From contig NC_086118.1 in NCBI RefSeq assembly GCF_963921235.1, positions 24,368,001 to 24,432,000 of the forward strand: 64,000 nucleotides of DNA, in the 5' to 3' direction. The notes under the pieces were generated by a model. The model had not been told where the DNA came from. It made no database searches and was given only the letters and a program-made list of their open reading frames with translations. Origin of the DNA: Mobula hypostoma. Taxonomy: Eukaryota. Shown here piece by piece: positions 1-13,610 of this stretch. The position numbers and the translations under genes were made by a program. Each line of letters opens with the position of its first letter. Within the stretch, counting starts at the first letter, position 1.

Positions 1-778
1 CTCTGCCTTAAATACACCCAATGACTTGGCCTCCACTGCTACCCGTGGCAACAAGTTCCATAGATTCACCACCCTCTGACTAAAAAAATTTCTTCGCATT
101 TCTGTTCTGAATGGGTGCCCTTCAATCCTTAAGTCATGCCCTCTCGTACTAGACTCCCCCATCGTGGGAAACAACTTTGCCACATCCACTCTGTCCATGC
201 CTTTCAACATTAGAAATATTTCTATGAGGTCTCCCCTCATTCTTCTAAACTCCAAGGAATACAGTTCAAGAGCGGACAAACGTTCCTCATATGTTAACCC
301 TCTCATTCCCGGAATCATTCTAGTGAATCTTCTCTGTACTCTCTCCAACGTCAGCACATCCTTTCTTAAATAAGGAGACCAAAACTGCCCACAGTACTCC
401 AAGTGAGGTCTCACTAGCGCCTTATAGAGCCTCAACATCACATCCCTGCTCCTATACTCTATTCCTCTAGAAATGAATGCCAACATTGCATTCACCTTCT
501 TCACGACTGACTCAACCTGGAGGTTAACTTTAAGGGTATCCTGTATGAGGTCTCCCAAGTCCCGTTGCATCTCAGAACTTTGAATTCTTTCTCCATTTAA
601 ATAATAGTCTACCCGTTTATTTTTTCTGCCAAAGTGCATAACCACACACTTTCCAACACTGTACTTCATTTGCCACTTCTCTGCCCATTCTTCCAATCTA
701 TCCAAGTCTCTCTGCAGACTCTCCGTTTCCTGAGCACTACCAGCCCCTCCACCTATCTTCGTATCATCAGCAAACTTA
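1..778 (-). mobile_element. CR1 LINE, RT C-terminal fragment (runs off window start)
   Basis: Minus strand encodes LVRPHLEYCGQFWSPYLRKD, the CR1 ORF2 motif also seen at 21807-22301 and 45509-46003. Confidence 0.9.
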
Positions 779-944
779 TAACTGTTCATGCACCTAGCGC
801 TGTATGTCCTGAGGCTCCTGTACTTCCTCCCTGAAGGCAGCAGTGAGAAGAAAGCAAAGCCTGTCAAATTAGTCACTTGTTAGAATCTTCTTCTGATATT
901 TGATCCATTGAAGTTAATGAAACCCAATTTTTGGAGGATATTGC

Positions 945-1470
945 TACAGTCACCGAATTATAGGAAAGATGTCAACAAAATAGAGTGAGTACAGAGAAGA
1001 TTTACTAGAATGTTACCTGGGTTTCAGGACCTAGGTTACAGAGAAAGGTTGAACAAGCTGGGTCTTTATTCTTTGGAGCATAGAAGGTTGAGGGGGAACT
1101 TGATAGAGGTATTTAAAATTATGAGGCGGATAGATAGAGTTGACGTGGATAGGCTTTTTCCATTGAGAGTAGGGGAGATTCAAACAAGAGGACATGAGTT
1201 GAGAGTAGGGGGCAAAAGTTTAGGGGTAACACGAGGGGAAACTTCTTTACTCTGAGAGTGGTACCTGTGTGGAATGAGCTTCCAGTAGAAGTGGTAGAGG
1301 CAGGCTCAATATTGTCATTTAAAGTAAAATTGGATAGCTATATGGACAGGAAAGGAATGGAGGGTATTGGCTGAGTGCAGGTCGGTGGGACTGGGTGAGA
1401 GTAAGCATTCGGCACGGACTAGAAGGGCCAAGATAGCCTGTTTCTGTGCTGTAATTGTTATATGATTGCA
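945..1470 (+). mobile_element. CR1 LINE 3' end
   Basis: ORF 1010-1255 YRERLNKLGLYSLEHRRLRGNLIEVFKIM is the CR1 ORF2 C-terminus, followed by the CR1 3' UTR (aagggcc...cctgtttctgtgctgta). Confidence 0.9.
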
Positions 1471-4182
1471 TAGCTATAGTTGATACTGAAGCACACATTT
1501 TATTCTCATTACAAAAAGTAAGTGAGTTTCTTTCTGATAAAGGTAATTACATCTCCTTATAGATATCATAAATTCAAAACATCAGGTGTATAGAATCAAT
1601 CTCATGCCAATTAACTTATCAAAGTATTATCAAAGAATCAAAGATGTTGACACCAGGTTAGAGCTCATCAAATCTATTGTGTTAATTGACATACGATTGC
1701 ACAAGATGTAGAACACAAGAACTAGCCGTTCAGGCAAACATAAATAAGTATAAGATAATACAGTTATTAGGAAGAATAGTGAGGTCACACTTTTAATGAA
1801 AGATTCAAGTTTCAGAAGAATGGTATAACAAAGAGACCTCAGAGTACAAATGTACCTGTTGTAAAGACTGCATCATAGTTTAACTTAACGCCTTCCTCAC
1901 TTCTCTACCTCTCCTTTCTACCAGCACACGTAGTCTAGCTTCAGTCAGATAGTTTATCATATTGATACAAATTCCTTATCGTGAAAATGAAGCTCCATTT
2001 TCCACAATAGCTGTTTAATTCTCCAGATCTCTTGCCTCTATATCAGTTTGACAGGAGGAAATCTGGTGACATATTTTTGCAGCACTCACAAGGAGATAAA
2101 TTAAGAATATGACTCATACTGTTCATGCTAATGATGTTTGTACAGTAATGGTCAAAGTTGAGCAGCATTGTGAACCAAGTTCAATGGAGGATACCCAAAC
2201 CCAATGAAAGAAGCTGCAATATTTTTGAAGACTAGGCCTTACCTCATGACAAGTCAGAGGACGAACCATGATTTTGTGTGTGTGTATAACTGAGTAGACC
2301 GGCTCCATATCATCTATAGTTTTATATACACATGGATAAATTAAACATATGTCTAACTGATGACCATGAAAGACATTAGAAAACTCCATTAGAATGTTGG
2401 CTGAGCCATTCACTGTTGCTTAATGTATTGGTGGGTCACTTTTAACTGCATTTGTCACATTTGTGTTATAGTTAAGTGTTCAGGCAAGATACCCAAATGT
2501 AATGCCTTTGCAAATTAAAAACAAACAATCATTTACAGTATTGGCAATGTTGGGATTTATTGTGCATTCCAAATCAGCCCTCAACAAAGAGGATAATTAG
2601 GAGTCAATGACGTATCAACTACATCAGTGAGCCTGGAGTTACTTAAAAACTAGATTAAGAGAGGACAACATCTTTCAATTCCTTACATACATTTTTGAAG
2701 TGGATTTCTTTTTACAATAATGTTTACCATTACTAAGACTAGATGCCAAATTCCTCATCAGTTACGTCTCTGCAACAAATTGAACATAGGCAGACTATTG
2801 CTAAACTGGTATGTTAAGTTTGAGTGCACCACTTGCCAGTCCCTAACACTGAGTAAAATAAGCTTTCTATTATTGAAATAACTTGACGTTTCCTGGTTAG
2901 ATCCCCCCAGAGCACAGTTACTTTCCAATGTTAAGTAACCATATAAATATCACTACAGTTTTCCACAATGATGTAATTGTGGTAAAGTGTACCCAAGTCA
3001 TGACCAATGCAAAGCCTTAACAACCTAAAGCAAAGGAAGAGAAATTATTTTATTGGTTGGCACATGTTACAGGGCTTAATGACAAAAATAAGGCCATTAA
3101 CAGCTTACAGCCATATATGTAATTTAGGAGCTGAAGATACATTGCAAAATTCTACTCTATTTTACTTTGTCTAGACCTTTGAATCCCCTTAGCACTATAG
3201 GATTTTTAGCCAAAGAAATTGGACAGAACATGCTGTGCATTGAAGTGATGCCAGATATCGTGGTATAGCATATTGTGAAGCTCTGACTGCAAGCTCTATC
3301 GACAATGATTCATCCAGTGCTAAGGTCAGGTGAACTATTGCATGGAAAGCTACCTAGAACTGTGCAGGTGGAAGCAAAGGTGATGAAATGGAGAGAACTA
3401 GAGATTCTGATGATCTCAGAAGATGGCAGTATACTGGGCCATGCGTAAATATTGTTAAATTAACTTAATCTTGGTATAATTAGATGCAACATGAAATAGT
3501 GTTGTGCTGTTCCTAACCACACATTTCAGCCAAGAAATCCTGATTGAAACATAAGCCAAAGTATGTATATATTTATTAGAACTGGACTCTACAGTACAGC
3601 AATAATTCAAAGGTTGTCTGTAGAAATTCAAGTGTGTAAATGTGGAAGACCCACAGCTGCCTGAGATAAGCATCCAAAATTGGCCACTGTAAGTGCATTA
3701 GAATTTGCCGTCTGGATGAGATAAAGCAGGACGGAACTGTGATCAGAGCAATTTTATTCTTCAGTTGTGCGTGATTCAATTGGTTTCAGATAACAATGGA
3801 ATTTAACCACAAAGCAAACTTTAAAAAAGTAATCTGAGAGAGCATCCAAGTAGTACAGAGGTCAAATTATTATAATTGTGCTTCTGTTGTCACAACTTTT
3901 GAGCCCGTTGGTGCTTGCCAATTTATGCAACAGACCCATCACTTTATGAGATACTTTAAAGAAAATTAAAATGTCATTCCTGAACTTTTACAATTCCAGA
4001 GGTAGCGGTTGGTGTGAAATGGAAATAGTTCACCAGTACACCTGATATTCAGCGATCAAAATGTGTGAAAAAAAGTCAAGAGTCAACATTACTCAAATGG
4101 GATCTTTCTCCGCGCAGCAGAACAGTAGGCTATTGCTCTAGCATCCATGCATTCAAGTAAAAACATCAGAATAATTTGGAGG

Positions 4183-4841
4183 TTATGATTATTATTATGA
4201 TTATGGTTATGAGGACATGCTGTCCCCTTTTATTGTCATTTAGTAATGCATGCATTAAGAAATGATAAAAATGTTTTTCCAGAATGATATCACAAAAACA
4301 CATGACAAACCGACTTAAAAACTAACAAAAACCACATAATTATAACATATAGTTACAACAGTGCAAAGCAATACCGTAATTTGATAAGAACAGACCATGA
4401 CACAGTAAATATCTCAGAGTCTCTCAAAAGTCCCATCATCTCACGCAGACGGTAAACCTCCAGCGCTGCCAACTTGCCGATGCAGCATCCCGGAAGCATC
4501 CGACCATAGTCCGACTCCGAGTCCGTCCGAAAAACTCCGAGCCTCCAACCAGCTCTCTGACACTGATGCACCGAGCACCATCTCTGCCGAGTGTTTCGAC
4601 CCCCGCCCCAGTAAGAGGCGATACACAAAGCCGAGGATTTGGGGCCTTTGTCTCCGGAGATTCTGGATCGCACAGTAGTAGCGGCAGTGAAGCAGGCATT
4701 TCAGAAGATTCTCCAGGTGTTCCTCTGCGCTTCACGGCTCTCCCCATCAAATCCGGATTGATGCACGGCTCCTAGTTACACATATTGATATTCATTCGGA
4801 ACGGCCGCGCACGCTGCGTCGCGCCGCCATCTTCTCCTCCC
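4183..4841 (-). mobile_element. Non-autonomous ~650-bp retroposon, copy 1 (unassigned family)
   Basis: Collinear with 55556-56245 and 57646-58260; minus-strand 5' end GGAGGAGAAGATGGCGGCGCGACG; 3' end AATGACAATAAAAG-hairpin-(ATAATC)n-like tail. Confidence 0.8.
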
Positions 4842-5315
4842 TTCTTATAAATATTATAAAATATTGGTCAGACATCAGCTGGAGTACTATGTGCATTTAT
4901 GGTCATCACTTTATATCAGGGGTACCCAACCTTTTTGGCACTGCAGACCGGTTTAATATTGACAACATTCTTGCGGACCGGCGGACCGGCCAACGCCGGG
5001 GGTTGGGGGGGGTAGGGTTGCCAATGGACAAGAGTAGCAGTCAAATGCGTTGTTTACCCCGAGAGACTACAATGACCCTGAAGCCTTGCGCGGGCTCCTA
5101 TGCGTATGCGCGTCGTGACCTACCCATCCCCTCCCCCCCAAGCAAATCCTTGTTGGCGATTCTGTTCATGGGGGTGGGTGTTAATCACTACCAGAATATA
5201 GGTGATAAGTGGGTAATACACTCAATTTTGTTTCTAAAAGGGTTTATCTAATGAATTTAATATTAAACACAGAGCACATATTTTCCTCGCATGAATATAA
5301 TGATAAGTCAATTAT

Positions 5316-5540
5316 CAGGAGAGCTTGAAGTAAGTGTTGAACGAACTTCAGTAGAAGTGGCAGAAGCAGGTTCGATATGATCATTTAAAGAAAAATTAGA
5401 TAGCTATATGGACAGGAAAGGAATGGAAGGTTATGGGCTGAGTGCAGGTCAGCGGGACTAGGCGAGAGTAGCGTTCGCCACGGACTAGGAGGGCCGAGAT
5501 GGTCTGTTACCGTGCTGTAATTGTTATACGGTAATATAGG
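5316..5540 (+). mobile_element. CR1 3' UTR fragment carried inside the hAT element
   Basis: Closely similar to 1275-1465 (ggacaggaaaggaatgga...ctgagtgcaggtc...gtgctgtaattgttata). Confidence 0.85.
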
Positions 5541-5560
5541 TCACTCATAAGTCAATAGCA

Positions 5561-5960
5561 TCATAACATTTTAAGTAACATTTGGATATTAAACGCACAG
5601 CACATATTTTCCCCGTATGAAGATATAAAATCATTGCAACACACCAATATCGCTGAATCAGTGGGAGCCCTGGGCTTGTTTCCCTGCAACAACACCGTCC
5701 TATCGAGGGGTGATGGGAGAGACAGCGATACTCGAAGGGGGTTCCTGATGTCCAGTCTATTCTGCAATTTAGTTTTCGTTGCATTCATTGCAGAAAACTC
5801 TGCTTCGCAAAAAAATGTTGGAAATGGAAGCAACATTTTCAGTGCTTTCGCGGCTGTCTCAGGATATTTAGCCTTGACTTTGATCCAAAATGCCGACAGA
5901 GATGTTATGTCAAACATACTTTTCAGCCCGTCGTCATTTGCAAGCTCGAGGAGTTGATCG
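5561..5960 (-). pseudogene. hAT transposase C-terminal dimerization-domain remnant
   Basis: FWIKVKAKYPETAAKALKMLLPFPTFFCEAEFSAMNATKTKLQNRL matches the Charlie/Buster hATC pattern. Confidence 0.85.
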
Positions 5961-6339
5961 CCTTCCCGCCCTGACACGGATGACGCGCGGGTCATGACCT
6001 CACATGCGTAATGGCTGATCAGTGGCCGTGACAGAGAATGAGGAAAGGTGCAGCTGACCAAATCACATCGCTTCACTGCGGCCCGGTACCGGTCCGCGGC
6101 CCGGTGGTTGGGGACCGCTGCTTTATATGAAAAATGTGTTGGCATTGGAATAATGACTAGCCTCTGAACAATCATCTGCCTGGGAGCATGCAGAGTCATG
6201 AACTAGGTATCTGCCTTCACCAGTTGCTGCTGATTGTGGAACTCCCAGCAGCAGTCAACTAATCACAAACAGAATTGGACAAATTTGAGAAGAATGCGTA
6301 ACATTATTTCACTGGTATCAGGCCTGCACAGGTATTACT

Positions 6340-6720
6340 AACTACAACAACGAAGCAGTCCACAGCAAGACCTAGACAATATTCAACATAGGCTGATAAA
6401 TGACAAGTAACATTCATGCCATGTAAGTGCCAGACAGTTACCTGACTAACCGACTAGCCTTGAAAGATAATGGCACAACCATCACTATGTCCTCCACCAA
6501 TATATTGGGCATTTGACCATGAACGCATCTGGAGCAGCCACTAAATGTGGAGACTACAAAAGCAGGTCAGACATTGGGTATCCTGTGATGAGTGATCCAC
6601 CCACTGACACCTCAAGTCATATCCACTATCTCAGGAGTATGAATACACTCTGCTCACCTGGGCAACACCGTCCAGGACAAAGCAGCCTACTTGATTGCAC
6701 TCATCCAATATCAGTGTACG
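6340..6720 (+). mobile_element. Old decayed CR1/L2-type LINE fragment
   Basis: caagacctagacaatattcaacataggctgataaatgacaagtaacattc reads QDLDNIQ.(W)ADK(W)QVTF with disablements. Confidence 0.55.
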
Positions 6721-8039
6721 CTGTTGCATTGTGTTTCTCCTACAGAATGCACTACAGAACCAACTTCATGGAGTTTTGTTGAAGGCAGAAGCCAAAGGAA
6801 AGGTTGCTATAGAGAAAGCAGGGATAGGGCCCATCAGATAAAGCTTGAAGTGGGAAATAATAAAGTTTCACAGAAAACCTCAATGACAAGGAACCAGAGG
6901 TGAATTCCACAATCCCAAAAAGGGGCAAGGAATGTATTAACTGCACAAATTTCACCAAAAGTCTCCAAATGAATAAGTCTGTCTACCAACACATCAGTGA
7001 ATGGGAACCTAGTGATACACAAATACAAACAGAGCCTGAGGATGTATTCTCTGTACCAAAGGAGAAACATCAAGGTGAAGTTAATGCTTTTCAGATGGGC
7101 AACAATCCTACAATATGTCTCAAAGTCATTATGTGTACAGATGTTTATATAAGTTCTTGAGTGTATGTAAACTTTCAAGTTCATATTCGTTAAATTTTTA
7201 TTGTCTCTAACATTTTAATGTAAATTTTTTCACCAGTCTATACTGTTGTTTGTTCTTCCTTTTGTTTTAAATGAAGGACAATATGGTCTGTGTATAATGG
7301 CTCAAATATACCAGCTGCTCTATGTAAGTGTCGCATTCAGGAAAATGTGATTGTTATAATCTTAAGAATCTGCTTCATGTGGTTAACTTCACACCATGAC
7401 ATATGTCACACTCCAGTTCATTTTAAAGACTTGACTGTCACAATAGCGGCATGTTTTCTTGATGTTCCAAGTCTAAGTGAGTTTATGTTTTATTCTATGC
7501 TACAGTTGCAAGAACCCCTGTTCTGTACACTCCTTTCGTAATACACAAAAGGATGGTAGTGGGAAAAGAAATAGAGGGAACTATTTGTTCAATGCTACAG
7601 GTAGTGTTAGCCTCCCATTAATGTGCCCATCGCATATTCAGTCAAAAATGACTTACCACCATGGACAAGTAGCTCATAAAATAATTCTGTTTGATTTTTC
7701 CTTTCTGTTAACTGAAACTCAGTAAGGAAAAATCAGACAGAATTATTTTATGTGGGAGTTAACTGGCTGGTGCTGAAGGGCTTTTTCTTAATTGCAAAGC
7801 TTCCTTGTAAACCAATTGCTGCCCCCCCCTTAATGAATTGGCACTTGGAATATAGCTGTCATGAAAGGAATTACACACAGAAATGTCGAGGTCAATTCCC
7901 ACATGGTTATTATTGACTCAGAAAATGATTGTTGATGCTATCCAAACTGGAAGACTACATTTAAAAGCAATTAGTGCATAAAGTACACAAGTAGATATAA
8001 TTCCTGGGTGATTGGTTTTTGGATTGGAATTTGTGTTGG

Positions 8040-8372
8040 AAGGCCTAGAGGATGTTTCCATTAGTGAGAGAATCTAGGACCAGAGGGCACAGACACAGAA
8101 TAGAAGGATGTCCCTTTAGAACAGAGCTGAGGAGGAATTTTTTAGCTAGAGGGTGATCAATCTGTGTAATTCATTGCTATAGACAGCTGTAGAGACCAGG
8201 CCATTGGTTATATTTAAAGCAGAGGTTGATAGTTTCTTGATCAGTAAGGGTGTTAAAGGTTACAGGGGAATGCAGGAGAATGAGAGGGAAAATAAATCAG
8301 CAGTGATTTAACGGCAGAGCAGACTCAAGAGACCAAATGGCTTAATTCTGCTCCTATGTCTAATGGTCTTAG
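8040..8372 (+). mobile_element. CR1 LINE 3' end
   Basis: SRTRGH..RIEG.PFRTE.RRNFF motif plus CR1 3' UTR. Confidence 0.85.
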
Positions 8373-9129
8373 GTATTAAACAAATAAAGACCATTGTGAA
8401 TTAACCAGAAAGTTTTGTCGATTCACAGCTTAAGATATGCCTGAACTCACCATATTCCTTATCCAATTTGAATATTAATAATTTCTTGCTTCTTTCACAT
8501 ATTGTTATATACACTGTAAGATTTGGAACAAAATGTCCCAACATGAATTTTAGAACTTTTACATTAAAGCCATTTTCTTCATTTCCCACACGAAAATTCT
8601 ATGTGACTTCTTTTTCAATAACGTTGCTAAAGTAACACTAAATTAGAAGCTGTCATATATTATGGATCTAGGCCACATTTAAAGACTACCTACTCTAATT
8701 ACTTCCAGGATTCTCCCAGCAGAAATAAAGAAGACTCTATTCCCATCAATGTGAGTTAGTTTTGAACTCTGTACACCATATAAGAAAACTGAGATGTTTA
8801 AATTTCATTGTAAGAATTCATATCCACAGTCAGAGCAATTTCCAAAATAAAGGTCCCAGCTTGTGTGATATTTGTGTCTGCTCTTCTCTTCTCCAACTCT
8901 CTTAAACTATTATGATTCATTTCCAAACAAAACATTCTAGATATTTTATATTATTATAAACTCAACAACTTAAATTTGAAGCAGCTCAGAATAAAATTGT
9001 TTAAATTGAGTTAGAAAAACTTTCTCAGAAAACGAATAGCTATGGTGGAACATTTCTTCCAGTGTGCATTTGTGAAAACAGTAAAGGGTTTACATCATAT
9101 AATGGAGTGGAAAGAAGTGAAAGAACTGC

Positions 9130-9650
9130 ATAACTCATCCATCCAGTGACCGGATCTCCATCCTGCTCTCACTCCAGTTCCCACTCTGATCACTCTGTAT
9201 TCAGAGTCCTACATTGCTGCAGTGATGCCCAAAATAACCATCAAGGACAGTACCACTCCTTCTGGACTCTAGGTTGAATCCAACAGTTTCTGATAACATG
9301 TCATTCCAGCCTGTATCTTACAGTTCCAGAAATCAGTGTTATTTTTCTTTCTCCGGGGTATTTTCATATTTTAATCTCTTCTTCTGTTTCCACTTGTCTT
9401 TCCAAATGTTTTGTTATTAACCAGTCTTCACTAGCCACTTTGAACTAATTCCATAATATCTTTCGTCCTCTACCCCATCCCTCTACCAATTAGTTCTGCT
9501 ACTTCCCACCATCCCATCCTAACTACACACTTCTTCTACAACTTAGAACTTGGTTTTTTCTCATGAAAGAACTATTGATTTATAACATGAACTCTGTTTT
9601 TCACTTTCTCATGTTTATTCTTCACTTGTTTCCAGAATCTGCAGTACTTT
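9130..9650 (+). mobile_element. Highly decayed Penelope-like 3' remnant
   Basis: Weak similarity to the GIY-YIG C-terminus and pyrimidine-rich terminal repeat of the 35476-37881 element. Confidence 0.35.
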
Positions 9651-9762
9651 ATCTATGGATTAAATTATATTCATAACTGATCATTTTCTGTTTGTTGGAC
9701 GTGTTGTATTAAGATAAAGCAGTATGTCTATTGATTTTATTGTTAAATTAACCTAGCTTATT

Positions 9763-10052
9763 ACCATAAGACCATAAGAACAGAAGATATCGGAGAAGAA
9801 TTAGACCATATGACCCATTGAGCCTACTCCATCATTACATCACGGCTGATCCAATTTTCCTCTCAGCTCCAATCTCCTGCCTTCTTCCCAAATCCCTTCA
9901 TTCCATGATCAATCAAGAATATATCAACTTCTGTTTTAAATATACATAAAAATGCGGTCTCCACAGCTGCCTGTGGCAAAGAATTCCACAGATCCACACC
10001 TCTCTGGCTCAAGAAATTCCTCCTCATCTCCATTCTAAAAGAATGCCCCTCT
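9763..10052 (-). mobile_element. CR1 LINE 3' end
   Basis: ORF 9863-10066 FRMEMRRNFLSQRGVDLWNSLPQ; accataag tail repeats. Confidence 0.85.
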
Positions 10053-10739
10053 GTTAACTTTCCCAATGCTATTTTGTTGCTTAATTTCTATCAGAATCCA
10101 CCACAGAACTTGAGATGGTCACATAGAAAGTTCAACTCAGTCACTGGAATGAATTCACTATGATTCAACTTTGAGTGTGGTCCACTTAGCAATATGAGTT
10201 TCAGTAACCATTTCAGGTCACCTCGAAGTAAATCTCTAGTGGAAATAGTCACAGATCATGAATACTTATTTCATTGGGAAAACAATTTGGCCTTAACCAA
10301 GTGAGTCTAGCATAATAAATAGCTACTTCAACCTGGCAGAGAAACAGAGCATAATAGGTTTTAAATTGGTGGTTGTGAATTAACAATGCCGGTTGTTAAG
10401 TTTCTTTGCAAGTACTATGAAGGTCACCATTGACCATTGATTCTCTGAAAGTCAGAGTATTCAATATTGGCTTTTAAAGGCTGCAACTTCAGGAACCAAA
10501 GTTGAATTCTTCAGCTTTAGGTAACTTACTCTTTCTGTATCAGAATTGGCCCTTCATCTTTTAGGTTTCGTTTACTCTGTTTTTGATATAGTCTGACATG
10601 TTGGGCACGTCCAACAGCCATATCATTAGCAATATCTTACACAAGGAGGCTTACTAACTGCCATACTTAATCATCCAGTGTCACTCTAACAGAAATATTC
10701 ATTCTTCCAATAGCCCTCTGCCACATTCTCTGCGACTGA

Positions 10740-10860
10740 AAACTAACATGTTTTTTTCTCTTCCCTAGTTTTGCTGAAGGGTCTCAAACCTGAAATGTTA
10801 ATTGTGGCTCTTTCTACAGATGTTGAATGTTTCCAGCATTTTCTGTTTTTGTTTTCACCA
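10740..10860 (+). mobile_element. Penelope terminal-repeat remnant with degenerate hammerhead motif
   Basis: ttgctgaagggtctcaaacctgaaatgttaattg...ccagcattttctgtttt resembles the PLE terminus. Confidence 0.6.
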
Positions 10861-11689
10861 GTATGAGGCAAAATGCCTTTTAAAGACAACATTATCTTAT
10901 TTCTAAAGTGGTTGACTTCACGTACGCGCTGGTTAGATTAATTTGGCTCACCATTTAACTACACGAATGGTCTATTAATCAGCAGGCAAAGGAAACTCAT
11001 TCATATCAATGCCCACTTCCAGTGTGCTGGCTTGATGTTAAGCTTCAAAGCAGCCCAGCATTGTAAAACAATTCACGTAAGGGGAACATTTCAACAGATG
11101 GCTATTTAGAAATGTGGGCAGCACAATGTCACCATGACTCATGACATCTTTCAAGAAATATGCCAGTAAAATAAAGCAATGTACTATGGTGGAGTCAGTG
11201 ACAGAGGAGTTTTAGTGGAAAGTTTGACAGTCTTGTATTATTCATAAGGAGTTCATATTTGCGACTGCTAATCACATAATTATTGTAAAGCTATTTCCTG
11301 GATGATGTTGAGTTTCTCAAATATTTTTGCCACCCTACTAATTCAGGAAGGTGGGGAATACTCCACCACCGTACTGAGTTGTACATCCTATCTGCTGCCA
11401 AGGCTTTGAGTAAGCTTTGGATTCCACAGTCATGACAGAATACACAGCCCTAGATTTTCATTGTATTTATATAGCTGGTTCAGTTAGATCTTTGGTTAAT
11501 GGTGACTCATAAAACATTAGTGATGGTAGATTTGACAATGCTAGAATTATTAAGGATCATATGGAAGTGGTTAGACTCCTCGATGATGACTGGTACTGGT
11601 ATGGTTCAAATATAGTCTAGGTTGTGCTTCATGTTAGCACAATCTGCTTCAATATTTCCTGTAACACAGAAGGAGGCTGTTCCCCAAAA

Positions 11690-11932
11690 TCTAGTTGGTG
11701 TGTGACTGACTCTCCCCACATTCTCTTCACTTCTCTTGATTCGAGCACTCATCTGCACACTGAGTGGTCAGTTTACCAATCAGCCCACGTGTCCTGGGGT
11801 TGTGCGAGGAGACCAAAGCTCCGGGGAAGCCCCCTGCGGTGATTGTGAAAAATTCACATAGACTGCACCTGAGGTCATGACTGAACTGGAGTCACGATAG
11901 CTGGAAGCAACCAGGAAGCACTGCACTGCCCT
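11690..11932 (-). mobile_element. V-SINE-like tRNA-derived SINE (decayed)
   Basis: Minus strand shows a degenerate tRNA head followed by V-domain-like ggggcttccccggagctttggtctcctcgcaca. Confidence 0.6.
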
Positions 11933-12469
11933 ATACTGTAGAACAAGGCCATCAAGCCTAATTTTCAGTGCAGGCTCACTTAGTCCTCACTGCTTATTTC
12001 AATGAAATCTTTTTCCTCTTGCATACCTATTAACAACCCGCCACCACTCTCTCCCCCACCCTAATCCACACCCTCCTATACAAGAGATTATCTACAGCAC
12101 ACTAACTAATATACCCAACAGTCTCTGAGACATAGAATGAAAATGGGGTACCAAGTGAAGGTCAGCATTTATCCCTGTTGTGGTAACCTAGAACTCTATC
12201 ATCATTATCCGAGAAACTAGAAATAGCATTGAATATTACGCAATAATTGGCAAATATCTCCACTTCTGGCCTTTAAGTGGTCGGAAGGTTATTGCAGAAG
12301 CAGCTGAAGATGGCTGAGTCCATCACAATAGCTTGAGCAATTCTTTTACTGATGTTCTGGGGCTGGAATCATCGGTTTCCAACATACAGGCAATCTTCTT
12401 TTATTCTGGGTTTGAGTCAGGACAGTGGAAACTTGCATTCTTCTGCCTCATGCATTCCTCCTCCTCTTG

Positions 12470-13460
12470 GACAGCTCCTGTCCACTCTGGACCTTTTCAT
12501 GTCTAACTGCTGAAGAGACATTAACCATCTTGACTTCACTAATCCTCTCACCTGCACCCAACCTCAACCCCCTCTAAATATTCTGCTCTCCACTCTCTCT
12601 GCACCAATCCTAAACTCACAATCCAACCACAGACAAGTGCGGTGCTATTGTAGTCCGGCGGACTGACCTCTACCTTGCAGAGGCCAGAGGGCAGCTCTTG
12701 GAAGCCTCCTCCTACTTACTCAACTGAGAAGCATCAGGCCACATTCTCCCACACCATGACTTCTCTTCTCTACAGCCTCAAAACCTATTGTTCCCCAACC
12801 GGGCACTTCCTGCTCAGTATCCACAAGCTACCTGGATACGCCTATGGTCCTTTTCCTGTCCTTTAAAACTTGCATTCTTGTATCCTTGACTTCATCTTGT
12901 CCCCCTTGGATTGTCTCTTTCCACCTACATCCATGACACCATGCAAGCTCTTCACCACTTCAAAAACTTTCATTTACCCCAACTGTCTCATGTTCACTCT
13001 GTACACTTCTATCCCTCATCAGGAAGGCATCAGGGCTCTCTGCTTCCTTCGAGTTAGCAGACCCAACCAGTTCTCCTCTACCAGCACACTTCATTTGTTC
13101 GAACTGGTGCACATTCTCAGCTTCTCTTTCAGCTCCCACTTTCCCCACATCAAAAGTTTTAGCCATTGGCCCTCCCCTGGGCCCCAGTTATGCTTATTTT
13201 TTTTCCTTTGGCTACATGGATCAATCCTTGTAGCAATCCTGCACCCTCAATGCTCCCTCACTCTTTCCCCGCTGTATCAACAGCTGCATCGGTATCGTTT
13301 CCTGTGCCCATGTGGAGCTCATCAATTTCAATGAAGGCCGTCCTCATGGAGGATCTTGACCTGAAGTATCAACAGTCCATTTCCTTCCACAAATGCTATT
13401 TGGCCCACTGAGTTCCACCAGCATTTTGTGTGTCGCCAGACTTCCATTATCTGCTGTCTC
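12470..13460 (+). mobile_element. Decayed Penelope-like element (RT fragment plus terminal repeat)
   Basis: GAIVVRRTDLYLAEA and LYTSIPHQEGIRAL motifs match the RT at 36159-37880. Confidence 0.85.
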
Positions 13461-13610
13461 TCATAGGTCTCCTTGTCTCTGGCTGTGTACAGTTTTACCA
13501 AGTCTCCTCGATAACACAGTCTGTTAAAATACTTCAAGGTCAGTCAGACTTAATTTGCTTCTGTAATTTAGCTCTGCTATTTAGCTTTTGATACCCATTG
13601 TCGACACAAG

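Larger units (their letters stand above)
4917..6120 (-). mobile_element. hAT (Charlie/Buster-like) internally deleted DNA transposon
   Basis: TIRs CAGGGGTACCCAACC / GGTTGGGGACCGCTG; perfect 8-bp TSD CTTTATAT (4909-4916, 6121-6128); transposase C-terminal remnant. Confidence 0.95.

Noticed and set aside
3624..6899. Plus-strand exon candidates 3624-3688 (KFKCVNVEDPQLPEISIQNWP) and 6746-6899
   Set aside because: Short, no recognisable protein, and the direct join hits a stop within 12 codons; within chance expectation
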